A stretch of 64,000 nucleotides of DNA, from contig CAVYXA010000001.1 in NCBI GenBank assembly GCA_963772365.1, positions 1,632,001 through 1,696,000 of the forward strand. The letters are read 5' to 3'. The DNA comes from an uncultured Verrucomicrobiae bacterium. GTDB lineage: Bacteria > Verrucomicrobiota > Verrucomicrobiia > Chthoniobacterales > UBA10450. The notes beneath the pieces are model-generated. The model ran no database searches. It was not told the origin of the DNA and saw only the letters and a program-made list of their open reading frames with translations. Shown here piece by piece: positions 43,443-53,364 of the stretch (positions within the stretch are counted from its first letter, which is position 1; each line of letters starts with the position of its first letter). A program made the position numbers and the translations under genes.

Positions 43443-45068
43443 ATGATGATGGCAGAAAAGGAAAGACCTGATTTGACCAAGAAGGTGCACGAGGTGCCGC
43501 ACAAACCCGGGGTGTACCTGATGCGCGACCGGTTCAATCGCGTCATTTACGTCGGCAAGGCGCGCGATCTGCGCAAACGTGTGAGTTCATATTTCTTGCC
43601 CTCGAAAATTGCGCAGGCGGATTTGAAGACGCGCGCCATGCTCGATGCGGTTTGGGATTTTGAAACGCACATCGTCCGCAGCGATGCGGAATCCGCTCTT
43701 GCTCGAAGGCAAACTGATCAAGGAATATCGGCCGCGTTACAACATCTCGTTTCGGGACGATAAACGTTTTCTTCTGGTGAAGATCGACATGTCGGAGGAA
43801 TGGCCGCGTTTTCGCCTGGCGCGTTTCAAGAAAGATGACAATGCGCGTTACTTCGGACCATACGCGCACGCGGGCGCACTTCGGCAAACGTTGAACTTCA
43901 TGCGCAAGAAGTTTGGGGTTCTGACTTTTGGGCGCGGCTCGCCCACCGAACGAGAATTGAAATCATCCACCTACCAGGTTCCGGTGCGGTTGAGCGAGAT
44001 CACGGCCGAGCAATATCGCGAACGCGCCGCTCAGGCCTGTGAATTTCTGGAGGGAAAATCGCGCGAAATGATCGAAGCGCTTGGAGGAAGAGATGCGCAA
44101 GGCGGCAGGGAAAACCGATTTCGAAAAAGCTGCCGAGCTGCGCAACATGATCGACGACCTGCGCGACACGACGAAACCGACACGGCGGTTCACCCGCGGC
44201 AGCTTGCCGAGCTCGATCGATCCGATGGCAGACGTGCAGGCTTTGGCTGATGCGCTGCAACTTCCGCGCCCGCCGCCCGTGATGGAGTGCTTCGATATTT
44301 CAAACATTTCCACGCACGCACGTCGTTGCTTCGATGGTCTGCTTTCGCGAACGGCGTGCCGGACAAGGACAATTACCGGCGCTATCGCGTGCGCACCGTC
44401 GAAGGGCAGGATGATTTTGCCAGCATGGCCGAAGTCGTTCGACGGACGATATTCGCGGATGTTGCTCGAGGCGCGCGCGGCGAATCCGGAGGCGGCGGAA
44501 TTTTCGCAGGAGGGAACGGTGGATGCCATGCGAGCGATTGAAGAGCAACCGCTTCGGTTGCCGAACGGACGAAGGCAGGCGGAACGCTCAGCCCTACAAC
44601 TGCAGAAGAGGAACAAGACGACTTCGTTCGATTGCCCGATTTAATCATTGTCGATGGTGGAAAGGGCCAGCTTTCAACCGCGTGCCGGGAATTGCAGCGG
44701 CTCGGTTTACATGATTTGCCGATCATCGGTCTGGCCAAGGAACACGAAGAAATTTATCGGCCGGGCCGGGCGTTGCCGTTGCAGCTTGCCGTTCGATTCC
44801 GGCGCGTTGCGATTGTTGCAACGGATTCGGGACGAGGCGCACCGATTCGCCAATGCCTATCACCAGTTGCTGATGAAGAAGCGAATCGGCGAAAGCATTC
44901 TCGATGATTGCCCGGGCGTGAGCCAGAACCGGAAAAATCTGCTTTTGCGCAGATTTGGATCGGTCAATCGGACTGCGCAAAGCAAGCATGGAAGAGATTG
45001 CGGCCACAGAGGGAATCGGCCGAAAGTTGGCCGAAGACGTTCACCAGTTCTTGCAGCAGCATCATTGA
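43443..45068 (+). CDS. uvrC: Excinuclease ABC subunit C (several apparent frameshifts, palindromic insert)
   Basis: PHKPGVYLM...[61 protein letters not shown]. Confidence 0.95.
44539..44598. repeat. Eroded intragenic GTAG REPIN in uvrC, 60 nt
   Basis: Left arm TGAAGAGCAACCGCTTCGGTTGCC (hairpin GCAACCG/CGGTTGC), right arm GGCAGGCGGAACGCTCAGCCCTACA. Confidence 0.6.
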
Positions 45069-45103
45069 CCGCAGATTCGCAGATGCCCAGCATTTTCGGG
45101 AAG

Positions 45104-47054
45104 ATGTCGATCTGAGAACTGCGCGGATTTACGCAACTTGTCTGCTTTTTCTGTCGCTCCTGTTGTGTTTGGCGTCTCGCGCAAACACGACGCCAGCCGG
45201 TAGCTCAGTATCGTCACGCCACACCCCGCCTCAGGCGCCCGCACCGGAAGAAGAAACAATCTCCCGACTTTCGAGACGCAAAAGTTGGCGCGAACCTATA
45301 TTCTCGATATTCCCGCGCCGCGCGGGCAGATCACAGATCGCTACGGGGTGCCGCTTGCGCAAAATAAACTTAGCTACAATCTCGCGATAAATTTTCCGAC
45401 CCCGCTCGATTTTTCGGACACGCAGGCGATCGGTTTCGTCCGCGAGAAGATCGAGCAAGGCGGAGAAATTACTTGGCCGTTCGATCAAAATCTCCGAGCA
45501 ATCAATTCTGCGTCATTATCACAACCGCGGGATTATGCCATTTGAGATCGTGCAGAATCTGAGCGACGCGGAATACAACAAGATCAAGGACGATGTTCCA
45601 GCGGGGATGGTCGTGCGGCCGATTTATATTCGCGTTTATCCGAAAGGGAAAGTCGCTGGCGACATCGTTGGATATACGGGCAAAACTGGACGCAATCCGA
45701 CGGGATTGTGGACAATCACGAAACGCTCTGGCCGGAGACCGAAGGACGCGAAGGACTGGAGCAGACATTCAACGACATGCTCACCGGCAAGCACGGCGAG
45801 TACAAGCTCGATATTCGACAAGGACGGTCGCAAAACGTCCGAGAAGCTGATCTCGCCGCCGATCCCCGGTTACAATGTAGTGACCACTCTCGATATTCGG
45901 CTTCAGGAATTGGCGGAAAAGGCCCTCGAAGCAAAAGCCAAACGCGGCGCGATTGTGATTGTCGATCCTAACAATGGCGACGTTCTTGCCATGGCCTCCT
46001 GGCCGAACTACGACCCGAATGTATTCGTCCCGTCGATCTCGACGGAAAAATTCAAAGCGTTGCAGGATGATCCCGATATTCCGTTATTACCGCGGGCATT
46101 TCGATCTGCTTATCCGCCGGGGTCAGTATTCAAAATCGCGGTCGGGATTGCCGCTTTGGAAAGTGGCGCAGTGCGGCCGGAAGATCTCTACCAATGCGTT
46201 CCCGCCATTCACATTGGTAATCTTACTTTCCACAACTGGAAGAAAACGGACCGCGGCGCGCTGAATTTCGTCCAGGCACTCACGGAATCATGCGACACAT
46301 GGTTTTATCAGGTCGGAATCAAGACCGGCGCGCAACCGATCATTGATTGGGCGTTGAACCTCGGTTTCGGTGCAAAATGTGGCATCCCGCTGCGAGGCGA
46401 AGCCGAAGGCCGGGTACCGAACGATGAATACATGAAAGCGACCCACGGCCGGAGACTTCTGAACGGCGACATTGCCAACTTGTCGATCGGCCAGGGCGAC
46501 ACGCTCGTTACCCCATTGCAAGTGGCCCAGGCGATGGGGATCGTGGCCAATGGCGGCACATTTTATCAGACGCGTCTGGTTCAACAGGTCCAGACTCTGG
46601 ACAATAAAATCGTAACTGCCTATCAAGTCCGTGCTAAAAGAACACTCGATATTTCTCCGACGACTCTGGATCAGTTGCGGACGGGCTATGATCCAAGTTG
46701 TAAGCGGATCGCGCGGCACAGCTCACCAGGCAAACCTGGACAATGTCGAAGTCGCAGGAAAAACCGGCACCGCGCAATGGGGACCGAAACATAAGGAGCG
46801 CAATCGCGGCGTGGTTCGCCGGGTTCTTGCCTGCCGACCAACCGCAGTTCGCTTTCGCGGCAGTTTACGAGGGCGAAGTTGGCGTCAATGTGCATGGCGG
46901 CTCGGTAGCCGCGCCGATGATCGCCGATATTTTCAAGGACGTATACAAAGCGCAACAGGTCAGCATCCGTCGGCATCCCGTTGTCGCGCCCCCGCCCCAG
47001 CCGGGACAGCCAATCCCTCGCGCTCAGCCGGTAGACGAGGACGAATCGGACTAA
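45104..47054 (+). CDS. mrdA: Class B penicillin-binding protein PBP2-like (several apparent frameshifts, start uncertain)
   Basis: [27 protein letters not shown] (SxxK), SCDTWFY, SIGQG...[13 protein letters not shown]. Confidence 0.85.
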
Positions 47055-47069
47055 TTCTCGTCGTCCCAT

Positions 47070-47097
47070 TGTCATCCTGAGCGAAGCGAAGGACCTC
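47070..47097 (+). repeat. TGTC-family REP (single arm)
   Basis: TGTCATCCTGAGCGAAGCGAAGGACCTC, same family as 49809, 54290 and 56238. Confidence 0.8.
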
Positions 47098-47132
47098 CAA
47101 CTATATCAATCTGGCGGTTCTCGCGGGACCGC

Positions 47133-49751
47133 TCAGAGCAGATCCATTTGCGGTTTATCCGGAATCTTTTTTGGGGTTCTTCGCTCGCGCACTTTTGAAG
47201 GCGGCGTTTCGTTAACGCCGTTTGGCTTCTCCAAGTGAGCGAGAATGTCTTTGGCCCGGTCGAGAATTTCTTTCGGTATACCAGCAAGCCGCGCGACGTG
47301 GATACCGTAACTTTTGTCAGCGCCACCGGGCACGATCTTGCGCAAAAAAATAATCTGATCGTTCCATTCGCGCACCGCCACATTGTAATTGGAAACACCG
47401 TCTCGCTCCGCCGCGAGCTTCGTCAGTTCATGATAATGCGTCGCGAATAGTGTGCGCGCCTTGATTTTATCGTGCAAGAATTCGGCCACACTCCAGGCGA
47501 TCGAGAGTCCGTCGAATGTCGATGTTCCGCGGCCGATCTCGTCCAAAATGACCAGGCTTCGTTCGGTTGCATTGTTGACGATGTTTGAAGTCTCATTCAT
47601 TTCCACCATGAACGTAGATTGGCCGCGGGCGAGATCGTCATTCGCGCCGACCCGAGTGAAGATGCGATCGACCAGCCCGATCTCGGCGCTTTCCGCCGGA
47701 ACAAAGCTGCCGATCTGCGCCATCAATACAATGAGTGCGACCTGGCGGATGTAAGTGGATTTCCCCGCCATGTTCGGACCGGTGATGATGGCCAGACGCG
47801 CCATTTCGCCATCTAGCATCGTATCGTTAGGGACAAATTTTTCTTCCACCAAATTTTGATCCAGAACCGGATGCCGGCCATCTTTGATAACCAATCGAAG
47901 AGAATCGTTTAACTGCGGCCGGCAATATCGATAAAGCCGCGCCGTCTCGGCCAGGGCGCAGATAACATCGACAATCGCAATTGCCGCAGCCGTTTGTTGG
48001 ATCAGTCCCAGCTCCTGAAGAATTTCGTCCCGCAATTTTTGCAAGAGCTGGTACTCGAGTTGACGCGCTCGTTCATCTGCTCCGAGAATCTTTGCCTCCA
48101 TTTCCTTGAGCTCGGGCGTGATGAAGCGCTCGCCACCGACGGTAGTCTGTTTGCGAGTATAATGCCCGGGCACGCTTCCAAGGTTCGACTTCGTGACTTC
48201 GATAAAATAACCGAACACCGAATTGTACCGAACCTTGAGTGATTTGATCTTCGTTGCCGCAATTTCACGCTCCTGCAATTGGCTGATCCAATTTTTTCCG
48301 TCGCGTGAGGCCTGGCGCAAGGTGTCTAAATCGGCGTCATAACCATCGCGAAAAATTCCGCCCTCCTTTACCGCAATGGGCGGATCATCAACAACCGCGC
48401 TAGTAAGCTTCTCCGCCAGTGCGGGCATTTCGTGGATCTCGTTTTGCAGATGAACTGGTAGGGCGCGACCGCCGGGCGCGCCGACATCGGTCTCCTGAAT
48501 TGCAGGCGGGCTCGGCGAGCCCGCCCTACCAAAACTTGTTCGCTCAATCAGTTTTCCAAGCTCCGACTTGAGTTTCGGGAGCTGTTGAAGTGAATTTTTT
48601 AAAGCGACCAGATCGCGCGGATTGCCCGAAGCTTGACTCAACCGCCCGGCAGCACGCTCGATGTCGCGAATCGCTTTTAGCTCGGAGCGGATTGAGCCCA
48701 GCAGGTCTGGCTCCTGTAACAAATCCGCGATCATTTGCTGTCGGCACTCGAGCCCAGGCAAATTGCGCAGGGGTCGCAAAATCCACGCCCGCAATTTGCG
48801 ACCGCCCATCGGCGTTACCGTCCTGTCCAGCACCGCCAGCAGACTCGTATCGCGAATACTGCGGGACTCGACCAGCTCGAGATTGGTCTGAGTGGCCGCG
48901 TCGAGCGCCACATGGTGCGCAGGCGGATCGCTCCGCAAAGAAGTCAGATGATCGATTTTCCGCCGAAGCTGATGTTTCAGGTAATGAACAATCGCGCCTG
49001 CCGCGGCGATCGCCTGCGGCATTTGCCCGCACCCGAAACCGTCGAGCGATTTCACTTTGAAATGTTCGCATAGAGTGAAGACGGCCTGCTCGGGTAGAAA
49101 TGCGTAGCTGTCGTAGTTCAATGCGCCGCTGATCCCGTGGAACTTTTCCGCCTGGGTATCGCTGATCAAAACTTCCGCCGGAGAAACGCGAGCCAGCTCA
49201 TCGAGCAAAGATTGATATCCTCGGTTCCCACCTCGCGTACCCTCTCGGGCTGGCCCGTCTACGTCGCACGCGTCCCCGCGGCTCCGTTGTCGATCATCAT
49301 CAAATTGAGTCAAACGAAACTCGCCAGTGCTCAGGTCGGCATAGGCAAATCCAAACAGGCCGGCTTCGATAGCTACTGCGCCGAGATAATTCGCCCGTTT
49401 GGAGTCGAGAAGATCGAGATCGCTCACTGTCCCGGCGGTGATGATCTGAGTAATGTCGCGGGTAACGATCTTGCCCGGTCGCGGCTCGCTGGTCTGATCG
49501 CAAATCGCTACTCGTCGGCCGGCCTTGATTAGCTTCGCGATATAAGTTTGTGCCGCGTGATACGGAACGCCGCACATCGGGACCTCGTTTCGCTTGGTCA
49601 AGGCAACGTTCAGCAGCGCCGACGCTTCCTTTGCGTCCTCGAAAAAAAGTTCGTAAAAGTCGCCAAGCCGAAACAGCAAAAGTGTATCGGCTGGAATGCT
49701 GCTTCGCAGCCGCCGGTACTGCTGCATCATCGGAGTAAGCGCGTCGGCCAT
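47133..49751 (-). CDS. mutS: DNA mismatch repair protein MutS (two in-frame palindromic inserts)
   Basis: TPMMQQY, FRLGDFYELF, PMCGVPYH, ITGPNMAGKST, STFMVEM, DEIGRGTST, FATHYHEL, SYGIHVARLAG. Confidence 0.98.
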   Translation of the reverse strand: MADALTPMMQQYRRLRSSIPADTLLLFRLGDFYELFFEDAKEASALLNVALTKRNEVPMCGVPYHAAQTYIAKLIKAGRRVAICDQTSEPRPGKIVTRDITQIITAGTVSDLDLLDSKRANYLGAVAIEAGLFGFAYADLSTGEFRLTQFDDDRQRSRGDACDVDGPAREGTRGGNRGYQSLLDELARVSPAEVLISDTQAEKFHGISGALNYDSYAFLPEQAVFTLCEHFKVKSLDGFGCGQMPQAIAAAGAIVHYLKHQLRRKIDHLTSLRSDPPAHHVALDAATQTNLELVESRSIRDTSLLAVLDRTVTPMGGRKLRAWILRPLRNLPGLECRQQMIADLLQEPDLLGSIRSELKAIRDIERAAGRLSQASGNPRDLVALKNSLQQLPKLKSELGKLIERTSFGRAGSPSPPAIQETDVGAPGGRALPVHLQNEIHEMPALAEKLTSAVVDDPPIAVKEGGIFRDGYDADLDTLRQASRDGKNWISQLQEREIAATKIKSLKVRYNSVFGYFIEVTKSNLGSVPGHYTRKQTTVGGERFITPELKEMEAKILGADERARQLEYQLLQKLRDEILQELGLIQQTAAAIAIVDVICALAETARLYRYCRPQLNDSLRLVIKDGRHPVLDQNLVEEKFVPNDTMLDGEMARLAIITGPNMAGKSTYIRQVALIVLMAQIGSFVPAESAEIGLVDRIFTRVGANDDLARGQSTFMVEMNETSNIVNNATERSLVILDEIGRGTSTFDGLSIAWSVAEFLHDKIKARTLFATHYHELTKLAAERDGVSNYNVAVREWNDQIIFLRKIVPGGADKSYGIHVARLAGIPKEILDRAKDILAHLEKPNGVNETPPSKVRERRTPKKIPDKPQMDLL
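48457..48530. repeat. Intragenic GTAG REPIN in mutS
   Basis: GGTAGGGCGCGACCGCCGGGCGCGCC, spacer, then GGCGGGCTCGGCGAGCCCGCCCTACC. Confidence 0.85.
49215..49286. repeat. Eroded intragenic REPIN in mutS
   Basis: Minus strand CGGAGCCGCGGG...AACCGAGGATAT, resembling GTAGCCGCGG...CCGCGGCTAC. Encodes RSRGDACDVDGPAREGTRGGNRGY. Confidence 0.55.
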
Positions 49752-49808
49752 TACTTCCAGTATCGAGGAAACGCGAAACTAGGAAAAGCCTGATTGCATC
49801 GGTGCCTT

Positions 49809-49900
49809 TGTCATCCTGAGCGAAGCGAAGGATCTCCGACTTCCTCCGGGATTCACGAAGAACAGAATGATTAGAGATGTTTCGCTCCGCTCAACATGAC
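49809..49900. repeat. TGTC-family REPIN (inverted pair)
   Basis: TGTCATCCTGAGCGAAGCGAAGGATCTC ... GAGATGTTTCGCTCCGCTCAACATGAC. Confidence 0.85.
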
Positions 49901-49912
49901 CGGAGAAGGGAA

Positions 49913-51412
49913 CTATTGTTTCGCCAGTTGAGACAGATACTCAACAAACGAAAGCACCGCTCCGTCGTATCCTTGAATCTTCGGGTTAGATGATTCGATG
50001 ACGAAATATTCGTCCGGAGCATGCGCTCCGCTGCCGTGTCCAAGGCCGAAATGTCCGGCCGGCACCTTGAGCGGGTCGCTAGTGAAAACATAACCAGGCC
50101 AGGAACCGGCGCTGCGCGGGAGAATAACCGGATCGATCCCTTCATCTTTCAGAACCGCCAATTGCGCTTGAATCAGTTTTGAATCGAGAGCGGTGCTGGT
50201 GGGATCCTAACCGCCGGTCATATTAACATCGATGTCGCCGAAACCTCGCTTAGCCAAATGCGCTTTGAGCGCAGCCAGCGCGCCGGCTGCCGTCATGTTC
50301 GGAACCAGACGCAGATCCAATTTCGCCACAGCTTTGTGCGGCAAAATCGTTTTGCCTCCCGGGCCAGTGTAACCGCCCACCAACCCTTCGATATTCACGG
50401 TGGGTCGCGAAACCCAAAGCTCGAGCGCTCTCTCCCAATCCACATCGCGCACCCAATGTTGCACACTCAGAGCCTTCTTGGTTTGCGCTTCGCCGAGGCG
50501 CTTGGACGCTTGCGCGACCATGGCTTTTTCCTTCGCATCCATCGGCCGCACCTTTGCGGTGAAATTATCTATAGCCGGTTCGTTTCCATCTTCCGACACC
50601 AGCGTGTTCAGCGCTTTCAGCAAATGCCAGGCGGGACTGTCCACGCGCGCTTTGTTCGACGAATGAATGTCTTTGCTCGGGCCGCGGCCCCATTTTTCTC
50701 CGGTCGATGTCAGTTCCACTTCGATCACACCTTTCGCGCCTAAAGTCAGGGTCACCATTCCATCCAAACCCTGTTCGGCTGAGGGAATGAAAACGCCATC
50801 GCATTTTGACAACGCGGTCTGCACTTCGGGCTTGTGCACGATTTGGGGAAAATGAGGCGAACCGATCTCTTCTTCACCTTCGGCAACGAAAACAAGATTG
50901 ACCGGCAACTTTTTTCCAGCTCCACGAATGGCATGCAGCGCGGCGAGAAAGGCGGACTCCGGTCCCTTTTGATTCACTGCTCCGCGGCCGATGATCACTT
51001 TTCCCAGCCCGGGCTTATCGACGAGCGCGGCTTCGGTGGGCGGAGAAGACCATTCCGCCGGATCAAATTGTTTGACGTCGTACATGAAATAAATCCCGAT
51101 CGACTTCTTTGCGCCGGCATCGAGAGTCGCGAACACTCCAGGTTTTCCATCCGTTGGAACCTGGACTGCTTTATCAAAGCCTGCGTCCAACAGGAGTTTG
51201 ATGATGTAATCGGCGCCTTCGGGATATCCGCGATTTTCGGCGGCAATGGAAACCTGGTGAACCCAATCCTGGAGGCGTTTGACCGATTCGTCATGCTGTT
51301 TCGAAATCTGCGCCTTGATATCGGCAAATTGGTCCTGCGCTGACGCGCGATGATTTCCCAGTGAAAACGTCAAGCCCGCAATCGCCACGATGAAAAAGCT
51401 TTTCCAGTTCAT
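49913..51412 (-). CDS. Exported M20/M25/M40 family metallohydrolase, interrupted by one in-frame TAG at 50207-50209
   Basis: Signal peptide, YFMYDVK, GRGAVNQKG, EGEEEIGS, DIHSS, HAPDEY. ORFs 50207..51412 and 49913..50161 are in the same frame. Confidence 0.85.
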
Positions 51413-51773
51413 GCTTCTTACATGACGGGTGAAGTCGTTGCCTGCAACCTGCTATTTCAAAGGGAAATGCGATATTTCTGGCCCCAATCCGCAGCATCGA
51501 GAGAAATATTGTCCTTCGCTTCCTGTTCTTGTGGAGGGCCTTATGACTCGAGAACAGGTGTCGCACTGGACAGGCACGTAACCGGCTGTATGGAAGTAAG
51601 GATGAAAACGATCATCGCGCTCTCTCGCTCCGCCCGCCAAATCGGGCGACTTGCCTAGAGGGTGCGCTGGATCTCGCCAAGTTGGAGACCGCCTTTCGCG
51701 GCACCCCAGTGGTTGAATCTCACCACGCGCGGGTTTTTGCGCCGGAACCCAGACCGGAATTTGGGGAAAATTT

Positions 51774-52058
51774 ATGAAACCAACACCTCAAATCAGCTAT
51801 CAACCAGTTCGGCAGAATTTGCCGCGGACTGATTATCATTATCAATCCACCCTCGAAACATCGAGCACGACCGTTGAGAACAGGCGCGACGCGCAACGGC
51901 TCGATGGGTTCTGGAGGTTAAGCTCCGGATTTTTCAGCGCCGAAGCGAAGCTCGATTATGCGACCGAGCTGTTGTTTTTCTCGCTCATCACAGCGCTTTC
52001 GGCCTGGCCAGTCATCTCAGCGTTTGTCGCGGTCACCCGAATGGTCCGGAATTACTAG
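51774..52058 (+). CDS. Hypothetical small protein with C-terminal TM helix
   Basis: 94-aa ORF, GGGGA upstream of ATG, hydrophobic ELLFFSLITALSAWPVISAFVAV. Confidence 0.6.
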   Translation: MKPTPQISYQPVRQNLPRTDYHYQSTLETSSTTVENRRDAQRLDGFWRLSSGFFSAEAKLDYATELLFFSLITALSAWPVISAFVAVTRMVRNY

Positions 52059-52296
52059 TTCGCTGCGGCGATGGCCGCGTGATGTTTTAGTGGGCAAGAT
52101 CAGTTGTCGCCGGCTGAGACGTTGAATAGTTTGGTCTTCGATCATGAAGACAATTACCAACGCTTTCCAAATCGTCTGGTTGACCTTGGCGCTGACCATT
52201 AGTTCGTCCGCTGTCGATGAACCGTTGTATAACGGAAGCGAAGTTTAAGAAGATTTGGGCAGAAGCCGATCTCAAGATCGACACCTCGTGTCTCTG

Positions 52297-53361
52297 TTAG
52301 CCGCGGGCGTAACGGATCGTCGATCGTCTTCTTGCTTTGTCGATCCATTTCGTGACGTCCGAAAGCGGCATGAAATTGACGATTCGCTCCGGCGGAATCT
52401 TTGCCTTGAGCGCTGCGGCGAGACCGAGCTCAATGAAACCGAGTTGCCAGGGATGATGGGCGTCGGTTCCAAGTGAGATTCTTGCGCCTTCTTTTCGCGC
52501 CAGCTTCAGCAGCGACAGATTAAGATCCTGGCGATCGGGATAACAATCGATTTCGGCCGCTTTATTTAGCCGGGCGGCTTCGGCAAAAACGCGCGACCAA
52601 TCCGCTTTCAGACCAAGCCGGAAATTGTAAATGCGGCCACGCGGATGGCCGAGAATTTGGATGTGCGGATTGCGCACCGCTGCTATGTAACGCGAGGTCT
52701 GATCATCCAGCTTGCGCAGGGCGGAATGAAAAGAACCGAGCACCAGATTTAATCGGCGCAGTGCTCGCGGATCCATGTCACCTTCCCCGCGCGGATTCAG
52801 GTTCAATTCGATCGAACTCAGGACCGTGACATTCGATTTCGCTCGGGTGAGCAATCGGTTCGCTTTCGTAATTTCGTTTGTCTGTTCCTTCAGCTGCGTT
52901 TCATCAATACCGCCGGCGATCTTCAGTCCTTTGGAATGATCGGTAATCGCAATGTATTCGTAGCCGCGTTCCTGCGCTGCCTTTGCCATTTCCAGAACCG
53001 TTCCCGAGCCGTCGCTCCAGCGGGTATGCATCTGCAAATCGCCTCGAAATCGTTTCGACCAATCTGGCTTCCTGCTAAGGAGAAGCTGGGCATCGGCCAG
53101 AGCAAGGAAGTCTCGCCGAATTTGCGGCGTTCTCGGCAACGGCTGTGGTGGTTTGTCGATCCAGCGGCGGATTCGTTCGGCCATGAACGGACCGACAGCG
53201 GCCAGCTCCGTTAACGAGCGATTTTGGATGACAAGCTCAGCTGCATGCTCGGGCCAAAGAAATGCACTTCGCGCAGCACGCCGATAGGCCCGGACTAGGA
53301 TTCCCGATTCCCGCTCTGACTGCCGGGCAAGCAGCTCCGCGATCTCCGAGTTTGATAGCAT
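52297..53361 (-). CDS. PolX-type PHP-domain protein (N-terminal HhH + PHP, no polymerase core)
   Basis: NSEIAELL...AYRRAARS...LTELAAVGP, then RGDLQMHTRWSDG, AITDHSK, SFHS, GHPRGR, PDRQDL, GTDAH. Confidence 0.85.
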   Translation of the reverse strand: MLSNSEIAELLARQSERESGILVRAYRRAARSAFLWPEHAAELVIQNRSLTELAAVGPFMAERIRRWIDKPPQPLPRTPQIRRDFLALADAQLLLSRKPDWSKRFRGDLQMHTRWSDGSGTVLEMAKAAQERGYEYIAITDHSKGLKIAGGIDETQLKEQTNEITKANRLLTRAKSNVTVLSSIELNLNPRGEGDMDPRALRRLNLVLGSFHSALRKLDDQTSRYIAAVRNPHIQILGHPRGRIYNFRLGLKADWSRVFAEAARLNKAAEIDCYPDRQDLNLSLLKLARKEGARISLGTDAHHPWQLGFIELGLAAALKAKIPPERIVNFMPLSDVTKWIDKARRRSTIRYARG

Positions 53362-53364
53362 CAA

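Noticed and set aside
3296..46800. Mass pseudogenisation or programmed frameshifting in over a dozen genes
   Set aside because: The breaks are single-base indels in blocks, hit housekeeping genes (folD, uvrC, PBP2, ubiX) and leave motifs intact with no common slippery site. Uneven long-read polishing is the simplest explanation.
50207..50209. Pyrrolysine or stop-codon reassignment
   Set aside because: It is a single case, no pyl genes are in the window, and TAG terminates many other genes here.
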